Source of the DNA: a virus
IMG/VR virus record: IMGVR_UViG_3300018007_000001
Length of the DNA: 64,000 nt
Direction: 5' to 3' (one strand)
Positions 26,004-35,177 of the stretch are shown piece by piece. A model generated the notes under the pieces. The model saw nothing but the letters and a program-made list of their open reading frames with translations, made no database searches and had not been told where the DNA came from. A program made the translations under genes and the position numbers. The first letter of the stretch is position 1. Each line of letters begins with the position of its first letter.

Positions 26004-26918
26004 TTACTGAGCCGGATACCAGTTTCTTAGGGCCGCCCTGCCCCGACGCCTAAGAGTTCTTTCAACGCGATGTTGTTCGTACCGATCCGCCATATGAGTT
26101 TCCGATACCGGCGTCCGGCGCGCGTCTTCCTGGGCCATCCAGCCCAACAAGGTCAGGTATTGCTTTTCCTGAGCTGTCGCTCGGTTCTGATCATCGGCCA
26201 TCCGGTATAGGTCGGCCAGCACTCCGGCATACACGCAATTTGAATTAAACCAGTTTGGGAATTTATCGGAGGAATTCACGAGGCGAATAGGTTTCGCCGT
26301 ATAGCGCATCGGGAGCCCGTAGCTGGCGTCCGGGCCAGGGTAAAGTTCGATCTGTGCGTTTCCGTCCGCTGAGTCCTGAAAAGGCGCCCACCAGGCGGGC
26401 GGGCCATAAGCCAGCCGAGAGGGCGCGTAACTTTCCAGCCAGTCATAAGAGCGTTCTTCGAGGTCGCCGCCAAGTAGGGGGTTCTGCAAAGAAAGGAGTT
26501 CATTGACGTCTGAAGGCAATTCGTAAACAGGTTGCCAGAGATAAAACGATTCATTCACGAAATCACTTGGCCCGGTGAAAGGCCGATCAATCGTAAAATC
26601 CGTGGCGTCAACAAAGGTAAAATAATACCAGTCGATTTCATTCCCCGGCCGAAAATGCCAGCCGGTCATCATATCAGTGAATACCGTTCCCGTTCCGGTT
26701 CCCGCTGTATCTCCAAGATTGATCGAAATAGTTCCGGTGTCGTAGGGCGCCTGAAGAAGAAGAAAGCCCTCGGTTTTATTAAGGCGGGTCCAGGGGCGCG
26801 AATGGCAGATGTCTTCTATACGGGCATTGATGAGGTCCGTCAGTAGGTCGGTACGAATACCGGCGCCGGCCGGCGTGCTGCCAAGTCGCTGTCGCAATTG
26901 TCCGAGTGTTTCAGGCAT
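26004..26918 (-). CDS. virion structural protein (hypothetical)
   Basis: 304-aa ORF with W/Y/P-rich composition, in the head-tail joining region. Confidence 0.5.
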   Translation of the reverse strand: MPETLGQLRQRLGSTPAGAGIRTDLLTDLINARIEDICHSRPWTRLNKTEGFLLLQAPYDTGTISINLGDTAGTGTGTVFTDMMTGWHFRPGNEIDWYYFTFVDATDFTIDRPFTGPSDFVNESFYLWQPVYELPSDVNELLSLQNPLLGGDLEERSYDWLESYAPSRLAYGPPAWWAPFQDSADGNAQIELYPGPDASYGLPMRYTAKPIRLVNSSDKFPNWFNSNCVYAGVLADLYRMADDQNRATAQEKQYLTLLGWMAQEDARRTPVSETHMADRYEQHRVERTLRRRGRAALRNWYPAQ

Positions 26919-26929
26919 TGCCGCATCTT

Positions 26930-27127
26930 TTAACGCTCGAAGGCTTCGCGGGTTTCTACAGGAATTCCGCCCTTTGCTCCGCGGTAGGCCTCCACTTCCT
27001 CTTTGGGCATTCTCTGTTTGCCCGCGGGCGGGACTGCGGGCTTATAGCCGTGCATGTGTTCGCCGCCTCCGGGTTTCGGAGGTCGGGCGGGAAGTTTGGG
27101 CGCGCCGTGCTTGTTCTGAAGAGACAA
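26930..27127 (-). CDS. hypothetical small basic/P-rich protein
   Basis: 65-aa ORF with tight spacing to its neighbours. Confidence 0.4.
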   Translation of the reverse strand: MSLQNKHGAPKLPARPPKPGGGEHMHGYKPAVPPAGKQRMPKEEVEAYRGAKGGIPVETREAFER

Positions 27128-27135
27128 AGCGTTGA

Positions 27136-27528
27136 TTACTCCTTCCGCATTTTTTCGTGGGTGCGGTGATGCTTGCCGTGGCGGTGATCTGGCGGCATCG
27201 GCCTGGAAGACGGTGGCCGAGGGAAAACGTTGTCGCGGAGGCTCCGACCTTCGCTGTATTCGTCTATGACCTTGTTTTGGCGTGCGGTATGTTCGTGGGC
27301 CATTTCCTCACGCGACAAGGTTCCATCTTTGTCGAAGTCGCCCTCGCGCTGTTCGTTACCCCTTCCGCCCATCGGGTGACTCATAGAATGCGCCGCCTCG
27401 TGCATAGAGTTAGCGTGCTTTTGGACACGCTCCATCCGGCCAGAGTCCTTTTGGATTTCGTGGGCGTTGTGCAAAGTGTGTAAATCGTGTTCGGCTTCCC
27501 AATCTTCCATTTTCGCTACCTCGCACAT
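27136..27528 (-). CDS. His-rich protein with a canonical EF-hand loop
   Basis: DFDKDGTLSREE (aa 64-75, nt 27304-27339) fits D-x-D-x-D-G-x-L-x-x-x-E. Roughly 19 His in 130 aa. An alternative start MEDWEAE at 27510 has GAGG 9 nt upstream. Confidence 0.5.
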   Translation of the reverse strand: MCEVAKMEDWEAEHDLHTLHNAHEIQKDSGRMERVQKHANSMHEAAHSMSHPMGGRGNEQREGDFDKDGTLSREEMAHEHTARQNKVIDEYSEGRSLRDNVFPRPPSSRPMPPDHRHGKHHRTHEKMRKE

Positions 27529-27536
27529 TTTTAAGG

Positions 27537-27740
27537 CTACTCCTGAGCGGCCCTCTTTGCCATCTCCGCGGTCATATCAGCGCCGGTGATCGCTTGGCCC
27601 GGCTGCTGCTTAGGATGCCCGCTCAGGGCGGTTTTGAGCCGAGTCACGGCCTGGCCGATAGGCGAAGATCTCATGCGCTTTTCGAGCAATCCGCCGATTC
27701 CATGAGCATCGCTTTCGGTACTCAAGGTGTCGCCGTTCAT
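27537..27740 (-). CDS. hypothetical protein
   Basis: 67-aa ORF with a 4-nt overlap with the upstream gene. Confidence 0.45.
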   Translation of the reverse strand: MNGDTLSTESDAHGIGGLLEKRMRSSPIGQAVTRLKTALSGHPKQQPGQAITGADMTAEMAKRAAQE

Positions 27741-28077
27741 TTCTCAGCCTCTTGGCGCTTTCTCATTTCGCGATCCCACTTTCGAGTTGCCCCGCCCATA
27801 ACCGGGGCGGCTGCTTTCGGCCTCGCCGGCGCTGACGAAGATTTCGGACCTTTCAACGCCTCGGAAGCTCCCGCATCGCCCTCGGTGATTGAGCGTATCT
27901 GAGCTGTCGCCTGCCCCATCATTCCCGTTTGCATCGCCGGATTCTTCGCCGAGGTCGCCTCTGAGCCCGCCTTCACCCCTTCAAATGCGCTATGCGCCGA
28001 GTCGTGAGCCTGGCTCTCGGTTCGAAGCGTATTATGCTTCTTGCGGTTGCCCCGCATTCCATAGGGTAAGGCCATAA
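27737..28077 (-). CDS. hypothetical protein (start trimmed)
   Basis: The tracked ORF 27737..28234 overlaps the beta-helix gene. The internal ATG at 28077 (MALPYGMRGNRKK...) lies 6 nt after the upstream stop. Confidence 0.4.
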
Positions 28078-28082
28078 TTTCC

Positions 28083-29048
28083 CTACGTCGCGTTGATTGC
28101 GATGCCACCCGCTCCGTTCGGGGCGGCCATATCAATGTAAATCTGGGCCTTGCTTCCGGCGTCCGCGCCCCAATCGCCGATCCCAACCCCGAAGCAATCC
28201 TTGAAGGCGAGTAATCCGCCAGAGGCCGCCGCAACCTTCGCGAGGCCGGTCAAAGCCGTCGCCGCGGAGCCGACAGCGTTCAGGAAGGAACAGCGCTCAA
28301 ACAGGGTTTCGCGGTCAATCGAGGCCGCCGCCGCCGCGAGGATCCCCAGAACCCCTGCGTTCGTTGCGTACATCGGGAAGCTGCAATCCCTGAATCGATT
28401 GCGCGGTGTTCCGCCGGCGAGTTCCAGGTTGGAGTTTGCGACTCCCCGCGAGGTCGTGTCGTCGCCGATAACGCAATCCTCGAAGAAATTCTCGCCGGTT
28501 CCGGTTATCAACAAATTTCGGCTTGTAGTTGATCCAGCGCTTGTGGCGTCATTCATTCCGGCAAACTGGCAGTCCTTGAAGTGGTTTCGGCCGCCGCTGA
28601 GGGTCATGCAGATTGACGCCGCAACTCCCGCCGCAAAGCCCTGATAGAATTCGATTCCCTCGAAATAGCAGCCATCAACGGAAACGGTGAAGAAATTGGC
28701 AAAGGCCGTTGTCCCGCCAAGCGGCGCAATTCTGGCGCGGTTGGAATTCCGCGAGCCAGAGCAAACGCCAATTAGATGAGTAGCCGCCTTGTTCCAATTA
28801 AAGCCCGCAGTCAATCGCGCGCTGGACGCCGTTGTTCCATCAGAGATCAAAACTATCAGGTCGTTGTGTCCCGCAACGCACGCATTGAAGGCTTGGCCGA
28901 GAGTCTGAAAGGGGGCCTGTAGCGTCCCCACTTGGCCATCGCTCCCGTTTTTCGGGTCAACGTAAAAGACGTTTCCCGTAAAGGGAGACATCGGGATCGG
29001 CGTCGGATACCGCGAGCCGGGATTCAAAAGTCCATTGAGAAGATTCAT
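28083..29048 (-). CDS. right-handed beta-helix (pectate-lyase-fold) protein; tailspike/depolymerase or decoration candidate
   Basis: 321 aa. FYVDPKNGSDGQVGTLQAPFQTLGQAFNACVAGHNDLIVLISDGT is the typical N-terminal cap of pectin-lyase-fold proteins. G/A/N-rich repeats follow. Confidence 0.55.
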   Translation of the reverse strand: MNLLNGLLNPGSRYPTPIPMSPFTGNVFYVDPKNGSDGQVGTLQAPFQTLGQAFNACVAGHNDLIVLISDGTTASSARLTAGFNWNKAATHLIGVCSGSRNSNRARIAPLGGTTAFANFFTVSVDGCYFEGIEFYQGFAAGVAASICMTLSGGRNHFKDCQFAGMNDATSAGSTTSRNLLITGTGENFFEDCVIGDDTTSRGVANSNLELAGGTPRNRFRDCSFPMYATNAGVLGILAAAAASIDRETLFERCSFLNAVGSAATALTGLAKVAAASGGLLAFKDCFGVGIGDWGADAGSKAQIYIDMAAPNGAGGIAINAT

Positions 29049-29105
29049 AGTCGCCCTCGAATTGTTTCAGAAAAATCGAAGGGTCTTAATACGGCGCACT
29101 GTCCT

Positions 29106-30080
29106 TTAGCCGCCGAGACCCGGATCGCCATCAACCCCAAAATAATGACTGTAGCCAAAATCGAAACGAACCCAGCCGCCCACATGTATGGCTCTGGTTT
29201 CGTTATCTTTCCAGAGATTGCGCGTGAATCGCTCGCGCCAGATCCAGCGGAGGCCGGTCTGTTCTTTCGGCCCTAATCCGAAGTAGGCGCTGGGGTTCGT
29301 CAGATAATATGACGGCTTAACTTCTATGGCCATCACGTTCTGCAGGACGTTCTTGATCCTGTTTACCGTGTCCGTCCGGTAGCTCGAATCAACGATTTCA
29401 AGCGCCGTCGGGTAGAGCGGCCAAGGTACGTACAATAGCCGCATTGGGATATTGACGGGCATCCCGCGGCCGTCCGTTCTCTGGCCCATCCGAATCATCA
29501 TAGCCTCAAGAGAGCTATGCGCGAGGTCGGCGCCTCCTGAAGGGTTGGTGTTGCTTTGAACGCCGCCGCCAGGTCCAGGGTTAGGGTGAGAGGTCGAGAA
29601 TAGGGCGACGCCATCAGGGTTCCGCAGGCCGGCGTTCATGATTCCGGTCGGCGTGTTGGTCTGGAAGCCTTCGTTGAAGGTTCTCGCTCCCAGGACTTCG
29701 GGCAATCTCCGGAATGACCGGCCAAACCATTTCGCACGCTGGCCCGCGATATTCCACTTGTCATCGGCCTGAATGTCGTGGGAAACGATATAGCCCAGGT
29801 TATAGGTTCCGAAGATGTAGGTCTGTTGAAACCATTTGCCCTGGATGTCGTAGTGGAGTCCGCTCAGTTCGGAATCCGCGTATTGAGGAAGCCCGAACCC
29901 GTCAATGGCGGTGTCGCTTTCCCCTGTGCCGTCCCCGTCTGAAACACGGTATATGTCCGTGTATTCCGGGGGCTGTTCGTCAAAGCTCATGTCGGTCAAC
30001 TCATCGAGCAAATTGAGCTCGGTCTGAGTTGTCAACGAGAGCTGAAACTCTTCCGGATAATTCGACCGTATCATTGGCAT
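29106..30080 (-). CDS. major capsid protein (HK97-fold candidate)
   Basis: 324 aa with GAGGA SD. It follows the scaffold-like gene. The string ...VALFSTSHPNPGPGG... and the overall composition are typical of podovirus capsid proteins (judged by eye). Confidence 0.65.
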   Translation of the reverse strand: MPMIRSNYPEEFQLSLTTQTELNLLDELTDMSFDEQPPEYTDIYRVSDGDGTGESDTAIDGFGLPQYADSELSGLHYDIQGKWFQQTYIFGTYNLGYIVSHDIQADDKWNIAGQRAKWFGRSFRRLPEVLGARTFNEGFQTNTPTGIMNAGLRNPDGVALFSTSHPNPGPGGGVQSNTNPSGGADLAHSSLEAMMIRMGQRTDGRGMPVNIPMRLLYVPWPLYPTALEIVDSSYRTDTVNRIKNVLQNVMAIEVKPSYYLTNPSAYFGLGPKEQTGLRWIWRERFTRNLWKDNETRAIHVGGWVRFDFGYSHYFGVDGDPGLGG

Positions 30081-30134
30081 AATCAGTTCCTCGCTGTGCG
30101 AAAAAGTCCGTTTTCAGAGCGTCGCCGGAATAAG

Positions 30135-30692
30135 CTACACGCCGGCTGTTTGTGTCGCCTCTCTCATTTCGTTGAACTTGATCAGGATTCGGCAATAAGG
30201 GCCGAAGGAATTCAGAACGTCCGGGTAGCGTCTGAGCAAATGCATGTCGAGCGTGCCCGTAACGGCAATTCCCGTCGTATTGATCTGATGACCGGAAAAA
30301 CCCGTCAGAGTCGAGCCTGCCACGCCGGTAGGATCGACATTGGCGTTTTTCCCCATGTTCGTAGCGACAATGCCGGTTCCGTTGGCGTTGTTATCCTGAG
30401 CCTCATACTCGGAGTCCAGATCGACATTCACATGAACTTGGTAGAGCGTCGATGCCGGCGCGTAATTCAGGGCGACGCCTAGCGGAATTGTTTCGCCCGG
30501 GGTCGCGCCTTCGGCGAAGGTTTGTACTGGCGGGGCGTCTTCGCCGGAAACGCCAGAGTTCGCCCAGACAACATCGTTTTGAAAAATCGCGTCGCCGTCG
30601 GCGGCCAGATGATCAAAAACTCGGGTACGAGCTGGAAACGGCTTGTTGATTGTCACGTAACCGAATCCGTGTGGGCTGTTTACGTTCGACAT
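30135..30692 (-). CDS. capsid-associated protein (decoration/minor capsid candidate)
   Basis: 185 aa with a strong AAGGAG SD preceded by a U-run. Located immediately upstream of the capsid gene. Confidence 0.4.
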   Translation of the reverse strand: MSNVNSPHGFGYVTINKPFPARTRVFDHLAADGDAIFQNDVVWANSGVSGEDAPPVQTFAEGATPGETIPLGVALNYAPASTLYQVHVNVDLDSEYEAQDNNANGTGIVATNMGKNANVDPTGVAGSTLTGFSGHQINTTGIAVTGTLDMHLLRRYPDVLNSFGPYCRILIKFNEMREATQTAGV

Positions 30693-30735
30693 ATCGATGC
30701 TCCTTCAAAAAAAGGGTTGCGACCGTCCGCTCTTT

Positions 30736-31530
30736 TTAGAGCAGGTTTGGATTCATTTCGACCGTGAGGCCCGGCTGCATACCTCGCCGAGCGCCGGTAA
30801 CAGGCGCAAGCCTGGCGTCTTGCTGCGCGATGCGCCCTGGCCCGTAACGGTTCTGAGCCTCTCTCTCGTTGAGAGCCTCTTCAGCTTCAACCTTATCTTG
30901 CATTCGCGCAGAGGCGCGCAAATTCGGCTGGCGATAAACCTTGTCGTACAGGTCTTCCGGCATCCAGTGCAGATAGAGCCCCCCGACTACAACTTGCTCG
31001 CCGTTCTTGAAAACCGGCTTCCAGGCAACGCCGGCGCGAGGCGGGATCTTTGGATTCATCCAGCGGAAACGTTTTCCAGGGTTGGCCGCGACATACTCAT
31101 TGACAATCGCGTCAAACTGAGAATCTCCGCGGACAAGCTCGTGCGTGAACTCATCGGCGATCACATAGGCTTCTTGGAATTTCTTGCCTTCCGACGCCTC
31201 GGCGATCCCCTCGTTGGTCTGAGAATCGGGAAGGTGGGAGCCGTGTTGCCTTATATACGCACGTGAGCCCGGCTTCGCGCCCTTTTCGGCGATCAACCTG
31301 AACGCCTCATCCGTGGTCATCAGATTGATGTCGTCGCGTGTCCAGCCAAGGAATTGAAGGCTTTGCCGTTCTTTGGTGTCGAGGTCGTTAAGGCATTCGT
31401 CAAAGGCGCTGTCGATCGGTTCCCCGATCGGTTCGGTCGCGAGAGCCTCGGGGTTTTTGCGCGGGCGTCCAGGTTTGCGTTTCGGGGTTGTGCCCCGGCG
31501 AATTTCGGTGACGTTATTATCGCTCGACAT
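30736..31530 (-). CDS. hypothetical head-module protein with AT-hook-like GRPRK
   Basis: 264-aa ORF with TPKRKPGRPRKNP near the N-terminus. Confidence 0.45.
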   Translation of the reverse strand: MSSDNNVTEIRRGTTPKRKPGRPRKNPEALATEPIGEPIDSAFDECLNDLDTKERQSLQFLGWTRDDINLMTTDEAFRLIAEKGAKPGSRAYIRQHGSHLPDSQTNEGIAEASEGKKFQEAYVIADEFTHELVRGDSQFDAIVNEYVAANPGKRFRWMNPKIPPRAGVAWKPVFKNGEQVVVGGLYLHWMPEDLYDKVYRQPNLRASARMQDKVEAEEALNEREAQNRYGPGRIAQQDARLAPVTGARRGMQPGLTVEMNPNLL

Positions 31531-31588
31531 TTGGGAGGTCTCCCTCAGCGTCGAACGATTAGGCTGGAGATTTCGTCTTACAGAAACG

Positions 31589-32476
31589 TTAAGAAGCTCG
31601 CGAGGCTTGGCGTTTTGCCGCCTCTACCCTGTCGGCCACCTTTTGAAGAACTGTCGGGTCGAGATCCATCCCGGCCGTGCGCCGGGCCATTTTTTGGAGT
31701 TCGGGGGTTATTTTTCCCCTCACGATCCCACCGTCCGGATTGCCGCTGCTCCGAGGCCCGCCTTGAGCGGTCCTGAGCCTCTCACGATTTGCGGAGTCAT
31801 CGGCTTTCTTTTTCACCGGCCCGAGTTCCTTTTCGGCCCTTGCGGCGGCAAGCTCGAATCGCTCCGAATCCGAGAGATGCGGCTTTTCGACAGACAAGTC
31901 TTCAAAGATTTGCTGAGCCCGGCTTTGGAATTTTTCATCCTCGACAAGTCCGGGATAGCGTTGACCGACCTCGCGATATTCAGCATTAAGGCGACGTTCC
32001 TCTTGAACCTGTTGGCGGGCGAAGTCTCTAACCTCGTCCATTGTGGCGAATTTGCATTTTTCTTTTAGCAGTTTCGCCAGCTTCGCGGTTCCGTTATCGT
32101 CCGCGACGTAATCCGCAAGAGGAATTCCCTCGAGCGCTTCTTCGAGGCTGAGAGCCTTTTCAACAGGCTTTCCGTTTGGCTTCCCGTTGGTTGACTCCGC
32201 GGCCGGCCCTCGGGCCTGTTGCCGTTGCGCCTCGCGCGCCCAATAATCCGCCTTCGTGCTTTGGGCCTTAACGTCCTGGCCTAATCGCTCATTTTCGCGC
32301 TTGAGCTTCCGAGCCTCTCTCCGCTCTTCGAGCAATTGCAATTGCAACTGTTCGGCGGTCTGCTTTAATGCGAGAGGATCTTCAGGAAGCGCGTTGTCTG
32401 TGGTCTGGTCGGCTATCTGAGTCTCAGCTTCGCCGTCCGCGTGGTGGTCTGTTTCGACCTGAGTTTCGTCGTCCAT
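31589..32476 (-). CDS. scaffolding protein candidate
   Basis: 295 aa, highly charged and helical (E/R/K/Q/A-rich, for example LQLQLLEERREARKLKRENERL). Positioned between portal and capsid genes. Confidence 0.5.
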   Translation of the reverse strand: MDDETQVETDHHADGEAETQIADQTTDNALPEDPLALKQTAEQLQLQLLEERREARKLKRENERLGQDVKAQSTKADYWAREAQRQQARGPAAESTNGKPNGKPVEKALSLEEALEGIPLADYVADDNGTAKLAKLLKEKCKFATMDEVRDFARQQVQEERRLNAEYREVGQRYPGLVEDEKFQSRAQQIFEDLSVEKPHLSDSERFELAAARAEKELGPVKKKADDSANRERLRTAQGGPRSSGNPDGGIVRGKITPELQKMARRTAGMDLDPTVLQKVADRVEAAKRQASRAS

Positions 32477-32558
32477 GAAGGGCTCCGATGTGGATTTGTC
32501 CGTTCGGACTTAGGGCAGCGTCGGCATCCGGTGGGAATTTTCTCGCCGCTTGGTTCGG

Positions 32559-32588
32559 ACTATAAGCCTAATTTGAAAACCGTGTCAA
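32559..32588 (-). promoter_or_regulatory. sigma70-like promoter TTGACA-N18-TATAGT upstream of the scaffold gene
   Basis: -35 at 32583-32588 and -10 at 32559-32564. An approximately 75-nt leader ends in GGAG 8 nt before the ATG at 32476. Confidence 0.5.
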
Positions 32589-32591
32589 GGG

Positions 32592-32888
32592 CTAGCGGAA
32601 TATTTTATGGGTCGGGTACAGAAGAGCCTCGCCCACTGAACCGAGATAATTCGGCCCGCGAGTAACGATTGTCCATTGTATCGTGCGGCGAATCTCGCGC
32701 TCGATTACATAGCAGAGGCGCTTGTGTTCCTGGCTGAAGGTGTGCCAGTTTGTCCCGACTGCGGTCTCCATGATCAAGCGACCGTCTTCGGAAAATACAG
32801 GCGTTAATGGACAGCCAGGGATGGCCTTGCTTTCGGGTCCTGGTTTCCGTTCGGGTCTAATGCGGTAATTGCGGCGCCGATTATTCAT
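32592..32888 (-). CDS. hypothetical protein
   Basis: 98-aa ORF, last gene of the inserted small-gene cassette. Confidence 0.5.
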   Translation of the reverse strand: MNNRRRNYRIRPERKPGPESKAIPGCPLTPVFSEDGRLIMETAVGTNWHTFSQEHKRLCYVIEREIRRTIQWTIVTRGPNYLGSVGEALLYPTHKIFR

Positions 32889-33130
32889 GCCGCCTCCATT
32901 CTTTTCTCAGCCCCCATAAACCTTGAGGCCGGTTGCCCGCATTTTCTGCAGGGCGCGACGGTCTGGCCCCATTCGTCCTGAGCGGCTACGGGGCTTCCAT
33001 ACTCGCCGGGTTTTTCTTCGAGGCCGCCGCAGTCCGCACAGCGAAAGATTGCAATATAGTAGGCGGTCACGAGTCGCCCAGTATCGTCGCGATCCCAAAA
33101 TCTCATGCTTGACTTCGATGAGCTACCCAA
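32885..33130 (-). CDS. zinc-ribbon protein
   Basis: 81 aa with CADCG...CRKCG (two CxxC pairs). Confidence 0.5.
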   Translation of the reverse strand: MGSSSKSSMRFWDRDDTGRLVTAYYIAIFRCADCGGLEEKPGEYGSPVAAQDEWGQTVAPCRKCGQPASRFMGAEKRMEAA

Positions 33131-33708
33131 TACCTAGCACGGCAATGGGTGTCGCAAAACCAGGGTCGATTTAGAACTTGGGCATGATGCCCAATATCCC
33201 GGATGAGATTTTCGCCGCAAGAAGAACAGGGTCTAGTAACAATAGCGCAGCTCTCGCAAAGCCGCCTACCGGGAAGATGTTCGTTCAGCCCACAATAACC
33301 ACACAGTGAAGCTAAATACTTTCGGCAATCAGCGCAGAATCCCCGGCTTATGGTCCCGGGGCGCTCGCCGCAGCGTCTACATTTAAGCCGGAAGTAAATG
33401 CGCCGCGTTCGATTGGCGCTGAATTCGATAAATCGGCAATTTTCAACGGTATAATCAATTGCGCTGTTTTTGCGATCTATGGAGGCTTGGGCCATGAAGC
33501 ACGCGCCGTCGCGGACATATAAGAGGTAAAGATCCGCAAGAGTCAGTTCACTACCGATTCCCTTTCCGCCGTAGTATGGAAAGCTTTGCGCCCGGTGATC
33601 CGTGCATCGCGACTTAATATTTGCAAGTATTCTGTGAAACTTCGTGCGTAACAGCGAAGCGCGCGACTTGTCTCGGCTTTGATTTTTCATTTCAACTTGA
33701 GCGCCCAT
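33103..33708 (-). CDS. HNH/AP2-like DNA-binding (homing-endonuclease-like) protein with C-terminal multi-CxxC region
   Basis: 201 aa. ...RILANIKSRCTDHRAQSFPYYGGKGIGSELT...SIDRKNSAIDYTVENCRFIEFSANR matches the RC..Y.YYGG+GI...DR....Y...NCR pattern common in phage HNH-like proteins (from memory). It is followed by about 7 CxxC pairs. Confidence 0.45.
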   Translation of the reverse strand: MGAQVEMKNQSRDKSRASLLRTKFHRILANIKSRCTDHRAQSFPYYGGKGIGSELTLADLYLLYVRDGACFMAQASIDRKNSAIDYTVENCRFIEFSANRTRRIYFRLKCRRCGERPGTISRGFCADCRKYLASLCGYCGLNEHLPGRRLCESCAIVTRPCSSCGENLIRDIGHHAQVLNRPWFCDTHCRARYWVAHRSQA

Positions 33709-34055
33709 TCTGCGATGGTTCCTTGAATTTGTCGTCGATTATGGTGCATGTACCAATTAGAACATTTCGGGCAGAGAAGGGCGTTTTCACCGTCGATCTG
33801 GTGAAGAAACAGTTCCTTGAATCCCTTTTTCTGACACCTGGCGCAAGGATAGGGCGATCTCCCCGGCCCTTCCTTGCTATTGGCTCCCAAGGCCGTTAAT
33901 TCCTTCCCCAGCCGTGCGAGGCCCTCGCGTTCTTTGATGAGGCAGTCGGGGCAAATGTAGCCGCCCCAATCCGATCCAAGTTCGGGGGCGATTGAATCGG
34001 GAACCAGGTTGTCACAGAATCGGCATTGATGGCCGGTTATGAGAGTGATGGTCAT
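33687..34055 (-). CDS. zinc-ribbon protein
   Basis: 122 aa with CRFCD, CPDC, CARC and CPKC. Confidence 0.5.
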   Translation of the reverse strand: MTITLITGHQCRFCDNLVPDSIAPELGSDWGGYICPDCLIKEREGLARLGKELTALGANSKEGPGRSPYPCARCQKKGFKELFLHQIDGENALLCPKCSNWYMHHNRRQIQGTIAEWALKLK

Positions 34056-34058
34056 TCT

Positions 34059-34406
34059 TTAGCCGCAGGCACAGGCACCGCATGTTGCTCTTTCGATTTG
34101 AAGGATAGCCCTGCCAAGCGTCGCCATTGAATTAACAATGACGGTTCCCGAAATCGGCGCGTTGCAGTTATCGCAAAACTTGAAAAGGCACAAGTGTGGC
34201 GTCTTATCGAGAGGCGAAAGCCCGAACATTATGCCGTCAACTCTAGCAAAAACGTCCGTCTTTGCTGGATTTTCAATGCGCTCAATGCCGACTAGTAGCA
34301 GCCCCGTTATTGGCTCCATGAGCCTAAGTAGCGTCTGATAATTTTGTTCGGTTTCCTCTTTTCGGGCGGCATTGTACTGTAAAAGCGCTTCTTCTCGAAG
34401 TCCCAT
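34059..34406 (-). CDS. hypothetical Cys-containing protein
   Basis: 115 aa. The C-terminus carries CDNCN...CGACACG. Confidence 0.45.
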   Translation of the reverse strand: MGLREEALLQYNAARKEETEQNYQTLLRLMEPITGLLLVGIERIENPAKTDVFARVDGIMFGLSPLDKTPHLCLFKFCDNCNAPISGTVIVNSMATLGRAILQIERATCGACACG

Positions 34407-34417
34407 GTTGTGCCTTT

Positions 34418-34702
34418 CTAGTGTGGTCGAATAATCGGACTCGCCTCCCTTTCAGCAATCGATCGCGCCGTCTCTTTGAGGTCAATCGACACAAGGGTCT
34501 TGTCCTTGTTGATGACGGTAATAAACTCGCGCCCGCAGGCGTTGCACTTGATGGCCGGGTCGTGAGGAATGACAACGACGCTCGCAACCGAGCCGTTCAT
34601 AACCGACATCCTCGGGACGCGAGTTCTTAGCAGCCCTCGGCCGCATTCGCAGTTGACGACTTTATCCTCGGGGGGCGCGCCGCCTCCGTTTTCAGTACTC
34701 AT
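34418..34702 (-). CDS. zinc-ribbon protein
   Basis: 94 aa with CECG...CNACG. Confidence 0.5.
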   Translation of the reverse strand: MSTENGGGAPPEDKVVNCECGRGLLRTRVPRMSVMNGSVASVVVIPHDPAIKCNACGREFITVINKDKTLVSIDLKETARSIAEREASPIIRPH

Positions 34703-34908
34703 TGTGGCCCTTGCTCCTTGAACAAAGCGATCCGTCGGCCCAGAATGTCGGAATACACGGACATCGCGGTTAGTTGCTGGCTGAGTAGCGTTTGTTCACC
34801 TTGGCCCAAGGTCGGAAAAATCTCGCCGCCAATGAAGGCTGAAAGCTTTGAAATCTTTTCGTTCAGGTCTTTTTGCTCTTCGACAACGCGGAGTTGGTAG
34901 TCTTTCAT
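34699..34908 (-). CDS. hypothetical helical protein
   Basis: 69-aa ORF with 4-nt overlaps on both sides. Confidence 0.5.
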   Translation of the reverse strand: MKDYQLRVVEEQKDLNEKISKLSAFIGGEIFPTLGQGEQTLLSQQLTAMSVYSDILGRRIALFKEQGPQ

Positions 34909-35171
34909 TTGTCGCCTTTCTCTCTCTTATGCTCTCGGCCCAGAATTTCCGGAATCGTCAGAACGAGCTCGCAAACTTTGACGTGCGCCTGGCAGTCGGC
35001 GAGCTCCTCAGGCTTGCAGGTTTTGAGTTTCGCGGAATAGGTCTTGAGGATTTCAAGAAGCCGCTCATGGACCTTCGGATGAAACTTCAGGTCGTCGGCC
35101 GACCATTCGCCGATCTTGTGCGTTTCAATATCGAGAGGGTCGTTGGCGCCGCGCGCGATTTCGGGTTTCAT
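34905..35171 (-). CDS. hypothetical protein, first gene of the cassette (leaderless configuration)
   Basis: 88 aa. The ATG lies 6 nt downstream of the -10 of promoter g and has no SD. Confidence 0.5.
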   Translation of the reverse strand: MKPEIARGANDPLDIETHKIGEWSADDLKFHPKVHERLLEILKTYSAKLKTCKPEELADCQAHVKVCELVLTIPEILGREHKREKGDK

Positions 35172-35177
35172 TCTGGA

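Noticed and set aside
30697-31266. 189-aa plus-strand ORF
   Set aside because: It is antisense to 30736..31530 and is R/L/P-rich. It is a shadow ORF.
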